Assembly: GCA_052326305.1 (NCBI GenBank)
Contig: JBKQPJ010000014.1
Coordinates: 9,006-73,005, forward strand
Direction of reading: 5' to 3'
Length of the DNA stretch: 64,000 nucleotides
DNA from: Thermoplasmata archaeon
Lineage (GTDB): Archaea > Thermoplasmatota > Thermoplasmata > Lutacidiplasmatales > UBA184
Part shown: positions 1-9,047 of the stretch, piece after piece
How positions within the stretch are numbered: the stretch's first letter is position 1
Layout of the letters: each line of letters opens with the position of its first letter
The notes under the pieces: model-generated
Told to the model about the DNA's origin: nothing
The model's database searches: none
What the model saw: only the letters and a program-made list of their open reading frames with translations
Program-made: the position numbers and the translations under genes

Positions 1-17
1 GTCGCATTGCTCGATTC

Positions 18-536
18 GTGAGAGCGGAACCGAAACGGGTTCGGATCCGAGCGTATGCGGCGGCAGATCGTGGATTCCTCGAGCGAGGGCTCAACGCTCT
101 CCTGGCCGAGAAGGCTCCCCTCGCACCGACTCACGACCTGGTGCCGAGCCAACAGTGGGGTCGGCCGTACGCCGCTTCCCTACTAACCTTGGTAAGGAAA
201 TCGAGAGGACTCGCCCTCGTGGCCGAGGTCGACGGAATCCGGGCGGGGTTCATTTTCGGGGCCCCGCATCGCGGGGTCCCTAAGTGGCAGCTTCGAACCC
301 TCGCCTTTTCCCGCCCTTGTTCTATCGTCGAGATGTATGTGGTTCCACGATTCCGGCGGGCGGGCATCGGCCCCCGGCTCATGTCGGAGGTCGAGCGCCG
401 GTTCACGCGGCGCGGGTATGACTGGGTAGTGACCTTCTACCATCAAGGACATCGATTCGAAGCCGACTTGTACCGAAAATGCGGCTACGCCGTCAACGTC
501 GTAGGCGTGGGGAAGTGGCTGACCAAGCCGCGATGA
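18..536 (+). CDS. GNAT family N-acetyltransferase
   Basis: 172-aa ORF with a GTG start. It has a GNAT acetyl-CoA-binding style motif (VVPRFRRAGIGPRLM) and a typical C-terminal LYRKCGY. Confidence 0.8.
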   Translation: MRAEPKRVRIRAYAAADRGFLERGLNALLAEKAPLAPTHDLVPSQQWGRPYAASLLTLVRKSRGLALVAEVDGIRAGFIFGAPHRGVPKWQLRTLAFSRPCSIVEMYVVPRFRRAGIGPRLMSEVERRFTRRGYDWVVTFYHQGHRFEADLYRKCGYAVNVVGVGKWLTKPR

Positions 537-656
537 TACTAAGTGACCTTCGGACCCCGGGGTTGACTAGGGACAGGTTTCCTACGCCCCATCCGTAGCA
601 CGACTCCACCTTGACTCAAACGGCCCCTTCCCAAGAACGGCTCCGGGGACCGGGAC

Positions 657-666
657 TTAATCTAAT
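657..666 (+). promoter_or_regulatory. TATA-like box (TTAATCTAAT) 28 nt upstream of the cyclase GTG
   Basis: Isolated AT-rich decamer in GC-rich DNA. The spacing fits a leaderless archaeal transcript starting at 685. Confidence 0.4.
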
Positions 667-684
667 CGAAGCAATCCCAGGGCC

Positions 685-2625
685 GTGGCTTCCACCCGGC
701 GCCTGGCCGCCATCATGTTCACTGACATGGTGGGCTTTACGGCGCTCGGACAGCGGGACGAGTCGCTCTCGCTCGTGCTCCTGGAGGAGCAGCGAGGACT
801 GCTCCGACCGATCTTCCAGCGACACGCCGGTCGAGAAGTGAAGACCATTGGGGACGCCTTCCTCGTCGAGTTCTCGAGCGCGCTCGAAGCGGTCCGCTGC
901 GCCTACGAGATCCAGCGAATCGCCCGAGAGTTCAACTATTCCCGTTCGACCGAAAAGCGGGTCCACCTCCGCGTGGGGGTCCACCTGGGGGATGTCGTCG
1001 AGTCCCAGGGAGACATTTCCGGGGACGCGGTGAACATCGCCTCTCGGATCGAACCGCTGGCGGACGACGGGGGCGTCTGCCTCACCCGGCAGGTTTTCGA
1101 TCAGGTCCGAAACAAGTTCGAACTTTCGCTGACCAGCCTGGGAAGCCAGACCCTGAAGAACGTCGCGGCCCCGGTCGAGGTCTACAAGATCGTCATGCCC
1201 TGGACCGAGGACAAGGCGACCCCCACGACTCCCGCCAGCCAAAGCCGGATCGCCGTGCTTCCGTTCGTGAACATCAGTCCGGACCCGAACGACGAGTACT
1301 TCGCCGACGGGCTCACCGAGGAGCTGATCGCGAACCTGGCCCTGGTCAAGGGGCTCAAGGTGATCGCGCGAACCTCGGTCATGAATTACAAGCGGAAGGA
1401 GAAGAACGTCTCCGAGATCGGCAAGGAGCTCGGAGTCGGGACGGTCGTCGAGGGGAGCGTCCGCAAGGCAGCGAACCGAATCCGGGTCACCGTTCAGGTC
1501 ATCGACGTCGCGACCGAGGAGCACCTGTGGGCCTCGAGCTACGACGACAATCTCGACGACGTCTTTGCCGTGCAGCGGGACATTGCGATGAAGGTGGCCG
1601 CGTCCCTTCCTAGCAGTATCTCCACGTCGAGCACGCCGGTCCCCGCCCTGAAGGGCACCCGAGACCTCCCGGCGTACCTCTACTTCCTTCAGGGGGAGGC
1701 CACGATGTATCTGCGGGAGGAAGAACCGCTACGACAGTCGCTCGGCTTCTTCGGGCAGGCGATCGCGAAGGACCCCGCGTTCTCCCGGGCCCATGCGGGT
1801 GCCGCCGGGGTGTACGTCCGGCTGGGGGAAGAAGGATTCATCTCGTGGGCGGAGGCCGTTCGGAGCGGACGAGCGGCCGCCGAGAAGGCCCTTTCCATCA
1901 CTCCCGACCTCGCCGAGGCCCACTGCATGCTGGCCCAGCTCTCCTTCATGGCCGACGATCCGCTGGATGTCACGCTCCGATCCGCGCAGCGGGCCTTGGA
2001 GCTCAACCCCAACCTGGCCGAGGCCCACGACATCGTGGGACAGGTAGAGTCGGGGCGGGGAAACCTCGACTCGTCCGTCAGTCATATCGAGGCCGCCTAC
2101 CAGCTCGATCCGCTCTCGCCGCTCACCATCCGCTACCTCGGTAGGGCCTACTTCCACTCGGGAAGGGTAGACGACGCACTTCGCCACTGGAAGAAGACCC
2201 ACCATCTCGACCCGCTGAACTCGTTCCGGGGCCAGGCGGACTACTACATCGCCCAGGGAGACCTCGACAAAGCGGAGGAGATGGTGCGGGAGATGGAACG
2301 GGTCGCCCCGACCAACGAGTACACATACCTGAACCGAGGCTATCTCGCGGCCCTCCGGGGGGACCGGACGACGGCGATGGCCATGGTCGCCAAGCTGGAC
2401 GCGTCCCACGAGCCGGGCTGGTCTCGCTCTTCTTCGGCCGGCTACATCTATCTCGCGCTCGGCAACACGGACAAGTTCTTCGAGTACATGTTCACCGCCC
2501 TCCGGGATCACACGTTGCCGTTCTCGAACCTGCGGTACTCCCCTCTGTTCGCCGAGGTGAGGCAGGATCCCCGGTTCAAGGAGCTCCTCACCCTTGCCCA
2601 CCAGACGATCGGCACCTCGACGTAG
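685..2625 (+). CDS. Class III adenylate/guanylate cyclase domain protein with TolB-N-like segment and C-terminal TPR repeats
   Basis: 646-aa ORF. The N-terminal cyclase homology domain carries FTDMVGFT, KTIGDAFL and GDAVNIASRIE. It is followed by IAVLPFVNIS..YFADGLTEELI and then TPR-like helical repeats (LNPNLAEAH, LDPLSP..). Confidence 0.85.
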   Translation: MASTRRLAAIMFTDMVGFTALGQRDESLSLVLLEEQRGLLRPIFQRHAGREVKTIGDAFLVEFSSALEAVRCAYEIQRIAREFNYSRSTEKRVHLRVGVHLGDVVESQGDISGDAVNIASRIEPLADDGGVCLTRQVFDQVRNKFELSLTSLGSQTLKNVAAPVEVYKIVMPWTEDKATPTTPASQSRIAVLPFVNISPDPNDEYFADGLTEELIANLALVKGLKVIARTSVMNYKRKEKNVSEIGKELGVGTVVEGSVRKAANRIRVTVQVIDVATEEHLWASSYDDNLDDVFAVQRDIAMKVAASLPSSISTSSTPVPALKGTRDLPAYLYFLQGEATMYLREEEPLRQSLGFFGQAIAKDPAFSRAHAGAAGVYVRLGEEGFISWAEAVRSGRAAAEKALSITPDLAEAHCMLAQLSFMADDPLDVTLRSAQRALELNPNLAEAHDIVGQVESGRGNLDSSVSHIEAAYQLDPLSPLTIRYLGRAYFHSGRVDDALRHWKKTHHLDPLNSFRGQADYYIAQGDLDKAEEMVREMERVAPTNEYTYLNRGYLAALRGDRTTAMAMVAKLDASHEPGWSRSSSAGYIYLALGNTDKFFEYMFTALRDHTLPFSNLRYSPLFAEVRQDPRFKELLTLAHQTIGTST

Positions 2626-2853
2626 CCGATCACCAGCGCCCACCCGCGCCGTACCGGGGAGGCTCTCGGTTCGTCTAGGCACGCTTTTCCAAGGGAGGAG
2701 ACTCGATCTCACCGGTAGCTCGATCGCAAATGTCGGAGGGGGGCATTCTCCAACAGTTCAAATCCATGACACAGCGCGCATGCCGAGCTACCCGAGGACT
2801 GTCCCGCGCCGATTCCGGGAGTTGCCCCGGAATGAAGATATACCATTGCCACC

Positions 2854-3099
2854 ATGATTACCATGATGCCTGCCACCGACGCTATAACGAGTATTCCCCT
2901 CCACCAATCGACCCTCCGCGTGTTGCGGCGCGTCAAGAGCGCCGCGGAGACTTGGGACGAGTTTCTGATCAATGTCACCGACGACTATCTATCCCCGTCC
3001 CTTCGAGCGGAGCTCGATCGGCGATTGACGTCAGATCGGATTGTGACCGGCGCAGAGGCACGTCGCGAATTCGAGGAGCTGCGAAGGCGTGCCCGTTAA
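2854..3099 (+). CDS. Putative antitoxin (archaeal PF02697-like small antitoxin)
   Basis: 81-aa ORF. IPLHQSTLRVLRRVKSAAETWDEFLINV resembles the archaeal putative-antitoxin family. It overlaps the next ORF by 11 nt. A GATATAC box at 2837-2843 suggests the real start may be ATG 2863 or 2866. Confidence 0.6.
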   Translation: MITMMPATDAITSIPLHQSTLRVLRRVKSAAETWDEFLINVTDDYLSPSLRAELDRRLTSDRIVTGAEARREFEELRRRAR

Positions 3100-3415
3100 G
3101 GGGCCCGCGCGTGGGGGTTGGCCCGACTTTACGGAAACCGCCGGGCGCGAGTTCCTATCCCTCCCCCCGGAGGCTCAGGACCTCCTGGTAGCGGCCTTTC
3201 CCGAATTCGTGGCCCATCCCTGCCGTCCGTCCCCCACGCTGGACGTTGTACCGGTCCGGGACGATCCGATGCGCTGGCGGCTCAGGATTCCCGGCTATCG
3301 AGTCCTTTTCCAAATCCGTCACGGTCGTGCCCTGATCGAAGAAATCGAGCCCCGCACTGGGTCGACGTATGTTCGATTCGGTCGCTACGCGTCCGCTCAT
3401 TCTCGGAAGCGTTGA
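3089..3415 (+). CDS. RelE/ParE-family toxin
   Basis: 108-aa ORF with a GTG start. The C-terminal WRLRIPGYRVLFQIRHGRALIEEIEPRTGSTY matches the RelE/ParE signature (xRxRxGdYRvxy...hR..xY). Confidence 0.7.
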   Translation: MPVKGPARGGWPDFTETAGREFLSLPPEAQDLLVAAFPEFVAHPCRPSPTLDVVPVRDDPMRWRLRIPGYRVLFQIRHGRALIEEIEPRTGSTYVRFGRYASAHSRKR

Positions 3416-3619
3416 CCGAGATTCAACCCCTATCTGGAGGGGGGGCGTTGAGGCTTCCGAGTTCTAAGCTTGCAACGGAGCGATAAGCGGCGCCGATCAT
3501 CAGTGAGAAATCAGGCAAATGTGTCGGAGTGGGGCTTTCCCAGGATCCTCCCATCCCAGCGACGGGCCGGACGTCCATGCCACCACCGGCAGCCCGTCAA
3601 GCGCCTTCCCTCCTTCTGC

Positions 3620-4033
3620 TCAGGCGGGCCCGAGCGTGCGTGGGCGGCCCCTCTCCTTCGCCACTCGCATGCTCGCTCGAACCAGCGTCTGAATGAGCCG
3701 GATCGGAATCTCGCGATCCAGCGGAAGATGGACCGCCGACTTGGTCGTCTTGTAGCCGGCCAACTCCCTCCGGTGACTCTCGATGGTAGGCGGTCGAACG
3801 TACACGCCAATGTGGTGGCTCTGAAGGCCGAACCACGCGAACATCCCGTTGTGCTCAGGGCCGGGGTAGGAGTATCCGGGAATCAGGTAGCTGATGACCT
3901 CAGTTGCATCCGGTGCCGCGGCGCGGATGGCATTTCGGACCCGGAAGAGCTTGCTTCGGACCTTGGCGGGGGTGCTCGACGACCAACCCAGCGTTTGGTA
4001 CTGCAATTTCTCCGAGGGGGACGAGGTGTTCAT
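3620..4033 (-). CDS. DUF1801 (YdhG-like) domain protein
   Basis: 137-aa ORF. KVRSKLFRVRNAIRAAAPDATEVISYLIPGYSYPG fits the DUF1801 N-terminal pattern. Confidence 0.7.
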   Translation of the reverse strand: MNTSSPSEKLQYQTLGWSSSTPAKVRSKLFRVRNAIRAAAPDATEVISYLIPGYSYPGPEHNGMFAWFGLQSHHIGVYVRPPTIESHRRELAGYKTTKSAVHLPLDREIPIRLIQTLVRASMRVAKERGRPRTLGPA

Positions 4034-4223
4034 CGTCTACCCGAACCGAGTGTTCCGGTACCGTCGCGAGGATGCCGTGGGGCGCCGAGAAGCTCAGGGT
4101 TATGGGCGATCGGTGGGAGTTCCGCCCTCGCAGCTTGACTGGTCAGAGTGACCGGTCCCGGCTTGCACCGGGACACGCTCTCAAATCGGCGGTCCGACGA
4201 AAGGGGAGTCGGGACGGGTCCCC

Positions 4224-4628
4224 TTAGGCAAGCATCTCGTCAAACCCGTAGGCGTCCCCGAACAGCACCCAGCACTCCACGATCTTACCACGGCGCAGAC
4301 GGTAGACATTCACGCTCAGATCCTCGATCGAGCGATCGCCCCGGGTTGCCCGGTACACCACGCGTTGAAAGGCCACGTCGTCGTTCGCGACGACCTCGAG
4401 GAGGTCCTCGCGGAACGTTCCCCCGAACGACTGGGCGAGTCGGCCCCCCCAGTCGGCGATCGCATCGAACCCGTGGAAGTCGCCCGATAACGGCCCGCGG
4501 CCGGAGACGTGCCAAGCAACCTTGGGGTCGAAGAACGCGCGGGCGGCGTCGAGATCGCCGCGCATGAACGCTTCGAACGCGTTTCGGATCACGATCTCGT
4601 TGGGGTGAGGCATCGATCGCCCTGCCAT
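4224..4628 (-). CDS. SnoaL/NTF2-like (ketosteroid isomerase-like) protein
   Basis: 134-aa ORF. IRNAFEAFMRGDLDAARAFFDPKVAWHVSG and a C-terminal VYRLRRGKIVECW are typical of the SnoaL-like fold. Confidence 0.75.
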   Translation of the reverse strand: MAGRSMPHPNEIVIRNAFEAFMRGDLDAARAFFDPKVAWHVSGRGPLSGDFHGFDAIADWGGRLAQSFGGTFREDLLEVVANDDVAFQRVVYRATRGDRSIEDLSVNVYRLRRGKIVECWVLFGDAYGFDEMLA

Positions 4629-4655
4629 GAACAGGCCTAATCGGGAAGAGCCGAC

Positions 4656-4664
4656 CTATTTGAA
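4656..4664. promoter_or_regulatory. Single AT-rich box (CTATTTGAA) between divergent starts 4628(-) and 4683(+)
   Basis: This is the only AT-rich element in the 54-nt divergent spacer. It lies about 26 nt from ATG 4683 and about 32 nt from ATG 4628, so it may act as a shared bidirectional TATA. Confidence 0.35.
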
Positions 4665-4682
4665 GCACTCTTGGGGGCCCCG

Positions 4683-5198
4683 ATGGCTCCCGACGCTCCC
4701 CTCATCGGCCCGATTCCGCCCCCTTTGGAAAGGGAACGGATTGCGGACCCTCCCGCTCTTCGGAACATGAGACCCGACCCGCGGAAGGGCCCCGGTTGCG
4801 GCAAACTCATCCGCGTCGATACGATGGGCCCAGGAATGACAGACCGCGCCTCGAGTGCGGCCGAGGAAGAGCTCTATCCGGTACTCGGGCTGGCCTCAAT
4901 CGCTGTCGCGGTGGGACTCTTCGTCGCCGGAACGGTCCTGCTGGTGACCTGCCAACCGGAGATGTTGATCTCCGGTGGAGGCATCGGCTGCTCGTATCCG
5001 TTCCAAGGCTACGGGTTGGCGTTCCTCTTCGTCTCAGCCCTCGTGACGATACTCGCGTTCAACATCCTCATGCACTACCGAGTACTCCGGGGGACCGAGA
5101 GTCGAGGAAACCCCCGGCGATACGTGGTGTCGGTGATCGCGGGGATTGCGGCGTGCGCGATGCTTGTACTCATGGCCCTCATCATCGGACTGGTCTAG
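4683..5198 (+). CDS. Hypothetical multi-pass membrane protein
   Basis: The ORF opens at 4671 (TTG), but ATG 4683 sits at leaderless distance from the 4656 box. The C-terminal 120 aa form about 4 hydrophobic helices (LGLASIAVAVGLFVAGTVLLV, GLAFLFVSALVTILAF, VVSVIAGIAACAMLVLMALIIGLV). Confidence 0.5.
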   Translation: MAPDAPLIGPIPPPLERERIADPPALRNMRPDPRKGPGCGKLIRVDTMGPGMTDRASSAAEEELYPVLGLASIAVAVGLFVAGTVLLVTCQPEMLISGGGIGCSYPFQGYGLAFLFVSALVTILAFNILMHYRVLRGTESRGNPRRYVVSVIAGIAACAMLVLMALIIGLV

Positions 5199-5524
5199 AT
5201 CTATCCGGCCGCCCCGTTGGAGACCCAGCAGATTTCTACGGGCTGAAGCGGCTTCGCAGCCTGGCTCGACGTAGGCTGCCCTTCTGGCGCCTCTGCCCTG
5301 GGGGGACCCCAACCACGTGGAACTGGGGATCCTTTCCGCCTCGCTCGCTCACGATCTAAACGTCATACCATCGGGCGAATCAATTCCCCCGGGGCGTATC
5401 GAACGATCCTTCCGCAGACAGGTTGCCGGGCGACCCGAGGAATTTCGCAGGCCCATTCGGGGCTTCGGCCTCGGGGATCGGACCCCGCATTAGGCGCCGC
5501 TCGGTCAGCTGTCTCGGGGAGCCC

Positions 5525-5746
5525 CTACCCCCCTCGTCGGGCCCTTTGCCTTCGCTCCAAGAACGCTCGCAGATCCGTGGTGGTGGTCTCGAGCAGCTCG
5601 ATGGCCCTGCCTAGGACTTCCTCTTCGGTTGCGTTCGCACGGCTGGGATCGGCCTTCAGGAGCCCCGCGGCGCGGCCCTTGGCGCATTCCCGGATCTCCT
5701 CGATCGCCTGGTCGAGCGCTCGCTCCGTGGCACCGTAGTCCGGCAT
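5525..5746 (-). CDS. Small hypothetical helical protein
   Basis: 73-aa ORF. A GGGGGAAG Shine-Dalgarno-like element lies 5 nt upstream of the ATG and a TTCAATAA box about 40 nt upstream. I recognise no family. Confidence 0.4.
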   Translation of the reverse strand: MPDYGATERALDQAIEEIRECAKGRAAGLLKADPSRANATEEEVLGRAIELLETTTTDLRAFLERRQRARRGG

Positions 5747-5945
5747 CGATCTTCCCCCGATCCCTCGCCACCGACCCGCGTTATTGAACTTTCCAGCGCC
5801 TCGCTCGGTTGGGCTTCCCTCATCGATCCGCGTGCCGACCGCGGGACCCTCTTCACGGCGAATTCTCCGTCCCGGCGACTTGAACGGCGCGCTCGGCCGC
5901 GCTGTAGAACCGATAGTTTAAGCTGGGGTCAAAGGAGGTGGGAGC

Positions 5946-6161
5946 GTGTCCGGCCGTCCCGCTCACCCGACCGTCCGAGGAACGCTGACCCTCCGTCCGA
6001 GGGGCCAGCCCGTCCGCACGAATCCAGAGACCGTAGACGAGGTGTTGCGCAACCTCACGCTGGAGCTCAGGCAAGGAGATCGCCAGTCGCGGACCCGCCC
6101 CTCCTCGGGGATCGGGTGGGTCTCTTGGCTGACCGCCGCCTACCGCGATTCCCTTCTCTAG
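5946..6161 (+). CDS. Small hypothetical protein (promoter-supported ORF)
   Basis: 71-aa GTG ORF. TTTAAG at 5917-5922 lies 29 nt upstream, the same spacing as at 30048/30079. GGAGGTG lies at 5934-5940. Third-position GC is high. The antisense ORF 5853-6074 competes. Confidence 0.35.
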   Translation: MSGRPAHPTVRGTLTLRPRGQPVRTNPETVDEVLRNLTLELRQGDRQSRTRPSSGIGWVSWLTAAYRDSLL

Positions 6162-6536
6162 CGCCTCAGGTCAGATCTGAACGACCGAGGTGCCGGGCCG
6201 CCGGGTCCATCCGTCGGTCGATGCTCTGGGTCCGTGGGGGGCGCTCCTCTCTCCGCCTTGGGGCCGCGAGACGGCCGCGTGACCCGTTCGTTCGAAGGTG
6301 TTCTCTCGCACGTCCCGGCCCCCCGGCAGTCAGGGTCGTGCCTCCGTCGGCGCCGCTTCCCAAAGGGCGACGGGCAGCCTGAACGAAGGCGACGCTAACG
6401 CGACGACGACCAGCCCTCGCCGAGCGCGGTAGCCGGGTGCCCCCGACACCCCCCCGGGTCGGGGGAGCCGTGCCCCATCTCGCTTGAGGGCATGCGATTA
6501 AGCTCCCGCAGGAATCTAGGAGGCCGAGGGGGGTCC

Positions 6537-6737
6537 ATGGCCCGACCCGGGCTGCTGCTCGACGGCGCCGTCCTGTACCTCGCCACGGGCCTTCCCATCG
6601 CGATCATCGGTGCCATTTACAGCGTCCCATTGGGCGTGGAGCTCGGCGCGCTCCTGGTACTCCTGGGGCTCCTCTTCCTTCTCGTGCTCGGGCTCCAGTA
6701 CCTTCGCCACCGAACGCCGCGGCCGGCGGTCGAGTGA
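6537..6737 (+). CDS. Small two-helix membrane protein
   Basis: 66-aa protein from ATG 6537, preceded by GGAGG at 6519-6523. It has two hydrophobic helices (AVLYLATGLPIAIIGAIY, LGALLVLLGLLFLLVLGL). Confidence 0.45.
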   Translation: MARPGLLLDGAVLYLATGLPIAIIGAIYSVPLGVELGALLVLLGLLFLLVLGLQYLRHRTPRPAVE

Positions 6738-7057
6738 CGCCGGGCGCGGTCGAGGATCCCCTCGGGACCGGACCCTCCTCGGACCTGAGCCGCGGGCGGG
6801 ACCGGGATCCCTTCGGCGACGGGAGCCTAGGATGGACGGGCGGAGGCAGGGCCCCGTGCTCCCTCCTCAGATCTGTGGGTCACGGTGGGCTGGCCGGGCG
6901 AAAACCCATTCCCGGGGCCGGACCCCGACCCCCACTGCGGGGGGTTCCCGGCATCGAGGATCCGATCGCCTGCAGGGAGGGTTGCGGCTCCAAACACACG
7001 ATTAAGTATCCTCTCCCGCGATTCTTGCTCCCGACGTTCGGGGGTGAGCCAGGAACG

Positions 7058-8191
7058 ATGAAGTCCATCATTCAGGAAGCGATCGCGAAACACCAGGAGA
7101 ATCAGAGCCTAATCGAGGAGAGGACGCCGACACCGCCAGCCTACGCCAACGCCGCCGATGCGGAGCTTGCGAAGCTGGCCGAGACCCTCAAGGTCAACAT
7201 CCGCGTCGTCGGCTGCGGCGGTGGGGGATCGAACACCATCAATCGCTGCATGGAGGAAGGGATCATCGGCGCCGAGATGTGCGCGCTCAACACCGACGCC
7301 AAGCACCTGCTCACCATCCATGCCTCGCGCAAAGTGCTCATCGGCCTTCGGACCACGAAGGGATTGGGCGCGGGGGCGCGCCCCGAGGTCGGAGAGGAGG
7401 CGGCCCGCGAGAACGAGCAGGAGATCGGCCAGTTCCTGAAGAGCGCCCACCTCGTCTTCGTCACGGCGGGGTTGGGGGGTGGCACCGGCACGGGATCCGC
7501 CCCCCTCGTCGCCCGCCTCGCGAAGGAGGCCGGCGCCCTGACGATGGGCGTCGTCACGCTGCCGTTCGCCGGCGAGGGCGTCGCGCGGATGGAGCAGGCC
7601 CGGGACGGCCTCGAGCGCCTGCGCCGCGCTTGCGACACGACGATCGTCATCCAGAACGACAAGCTCCTCGAGCTCGTCCCCCGGATGCCGCTCGACTCCG
7701 CCTTCAAGCTCGCCGACGCGGTCCTCATGACCGCCATCAAGGGGATCACCGAGATCGTCACGAAGCCGGGGCTCGTCAACCTCGACTATTCCGACATCCT
7801 GACCGTCATGAAGGACGGCGGGGTCGCGCTGATCGGGCTCGGCGAGAGCGAGAGCGCCACCGACCGCGTGACGGAGGCCGTCACCGAGGCGCTGACGTCG
7901 CCCCTGCTCGGCTCGGTCGAGCTGAAGGACGCGACCGGCGCGCTCGTCCGCGTGATCGGCGGACCGACGATGACCGTCAGCGAGGCCGAGAAGGCCGCGG
8001 CGCTCGTCGGCTCGAAGATCTCGAAGCGCGCCCGCATCATCTGGGGCTGCTCGGTCGAGAACTCGCAGGAGATGCAGAACACGATCAAGGTGTTGCTGAT
8101 CATCACGGGCGTCCGCGCGCAGAGCCTCCTCGGCCAGAAGGGAGGCTATGCCGCCGGCGAGTCCGAGGGCGGCATCGACCTGGTCCGGTAG
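7058..8191 (+). CDS. ftsZ: Cell division GTPase FtsZ
   Basis: The tubulin signature GGGTGTG (TAGLGGGTGTGSAP) is present, with VVGCGGGGSNTINR and NTDAKHL. ATG 7058 is preceded by GGGGGTGAG. The upstream 108 codons of the long ORF are R/G/P-rich and unlikely to be coding. Confidence 0.95.
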   Translation: MKSIIQEAIAKHQENQSLIEERTPTPPAYANAADAELAKLAETLKVNIRVVGCGGGGSNTINRCMEEGIIGAEMCALNTDAKHLLTIHASRKVLIGLRTTKGLGAGARPEVGEEAARENEQEIGQFLKSAHLVFVTAGLGGGTGTGSAPLVARLAKEAGALTMGVVTLPFAGEGVARMEQARDGLERLRRACDTTIVIQNDKLLELVPRMPLDSAFKLADAVLMTAIKGITEIVTKPGLVNLDYSDILTVMKDGGVALIGLGESESATDRVTEAVTEALTSPLLGSVELKDATGALVRVIGGPTMTVSEAEKAAALVGSKISKRARIIWGCSVENSQEMQNTIKVLLIITGVRAQSLLGQKGGYAAGESEGGIDLVR

Positions 8192-8396
8192 AGCACCGAG
8201 GCTCGGCTCGCCCGCCCTCGCCCTCGGGTAGAGGGGACCCGGGTCCGGTTCGCGACACCGCGATACCCGCCGCCCGCGTACCCGCTGCGACCGGTGGCGA
8301 CATCGCGGGCGAAGGTTCGGGCGTATCCCGTCCGGCCCGCTCTCCCGAAGGACCCCCTGCGATAGCCGCTAAGACCGTCGCTGGCTTCGCCCTCCC

Positions 8397-8945
8397 ATGG
8401 TCCGATCGCTCGGCTACTCGCCCGCTGACGCGCGGGCGATCGTGGAGTACAACCGTGCCGTCTTCGAACGCTTCGTCCGCCGAGCTCGCCGCCTCCCGAG
8501 GAAGGGGGCGACCCGGCGCCGGGGGATCGGGCATGAGTCGCTCTTCGACACCCTGGTCCACATCCTCAACGTCCAGGAGGTTTGGCTCGTCTACATCGTC
8601 CGCGGACGGAACACGGACCGGGAGCTCGGAGCCCTGTTCGATGACCCCCGCCGACACCCTACGAACTGGAAGGGGTTCGACGAGTACTCCGCCCGGGTCT
8701 GGGACGAGATCGAGCGGACCGTCCAGGGGCTGACGCCGCGCTCCCTCGGCCGGAGGGTGAAGGCGTTCTGGATGCCCGGCAGCTACACGGTGCGCGACGC
8801 GCTCTACCAGGCCACGATGGAAGAGGCGCACCACCTCGGCGAGATCATCGGGGCCCTCTGGCAGGACGACCTCCGACCTCCCGCCATGACTTGGATCGAG
8901 GTCCGCCGCGGGAGCCCTCCTAAGGCGCCTCGACGGCGCCGGTAA
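8397..8945 (+). CDS. DinB-family (four-helix bundle) protein
   Basis: 182-aa ORF with SLFDTLVHILNVQEVWL and MEEAHHLGEIIGAL, which match the His-containing DinB-like helices. Confidence 0.75.
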   Translation: MVRSLGYSPADARAIVEYNRAVFERFVRRARRLPRKGATRRRGIGHESLFDTLVHILNVQEVWLVYIVRGRNTDRELGALFDDPRRHPTNWKGFDEYSARVWDEIERTVQGLTPRSLGRRVKAFWMPGSYTVRDALYQATMEEAHHLGEIIGALWQDDLRPPAMTWIEVRRGSPPKAPRRRR

Positions 8946-9047
8946 TCGCCCCGGGGCACCCGCCTCGCCGAGGGACGCGGGGCGCCCCGGAACCGGGCGC
9001 GGGGGGTCGAACCCCCTTACAAATAGTTCCCGGGACTCGGATCCGGC

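Noticed and set aside
2740-2775. GTTCAAATCC, resembling a tRNA T-loop
   Set aside because: The flanking bases (AACAG / CCATG) cannot form the 5-bp T-stem. I could not build an acceptor or anticodon arm around it. I found no tRNA, rRNA, RNase P or SRP RNA signature anywhere in the window by eye.
3894-4151. 85-aa plus-strand ORF whose tail (EVFIVYPNRVFRYRREDAVGRREAQGYGRSVGVPPSQLDW) looks protein-like
   Set aside because: Its first half is antisense to the DUF1801 gene N-terminus, which aligns well with that family. Only about 33 codons would remain in the intergenic gap, with no promoter or Shine-Dalgarno signal. It may be a gene remnant.
5853-6074. 73-aa minus-strand ORF antisense to 5946-6161
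   Set aside because: It has a TTG start with no upstream TATA-like box or Shine-Dalgarno site. Its third-position GC is slightly lower than that of the plus-strand ORF, which does have both signals. Neither ORF has a recognisable family.
7279-8733. 484-aa plus-strand ORF overlapping ftsZ in an alternative frame
   Set aside because: It is an R/G/P/D-rich nonsense-like sequence. ftsZ in the other frame has all of its signature motifs.
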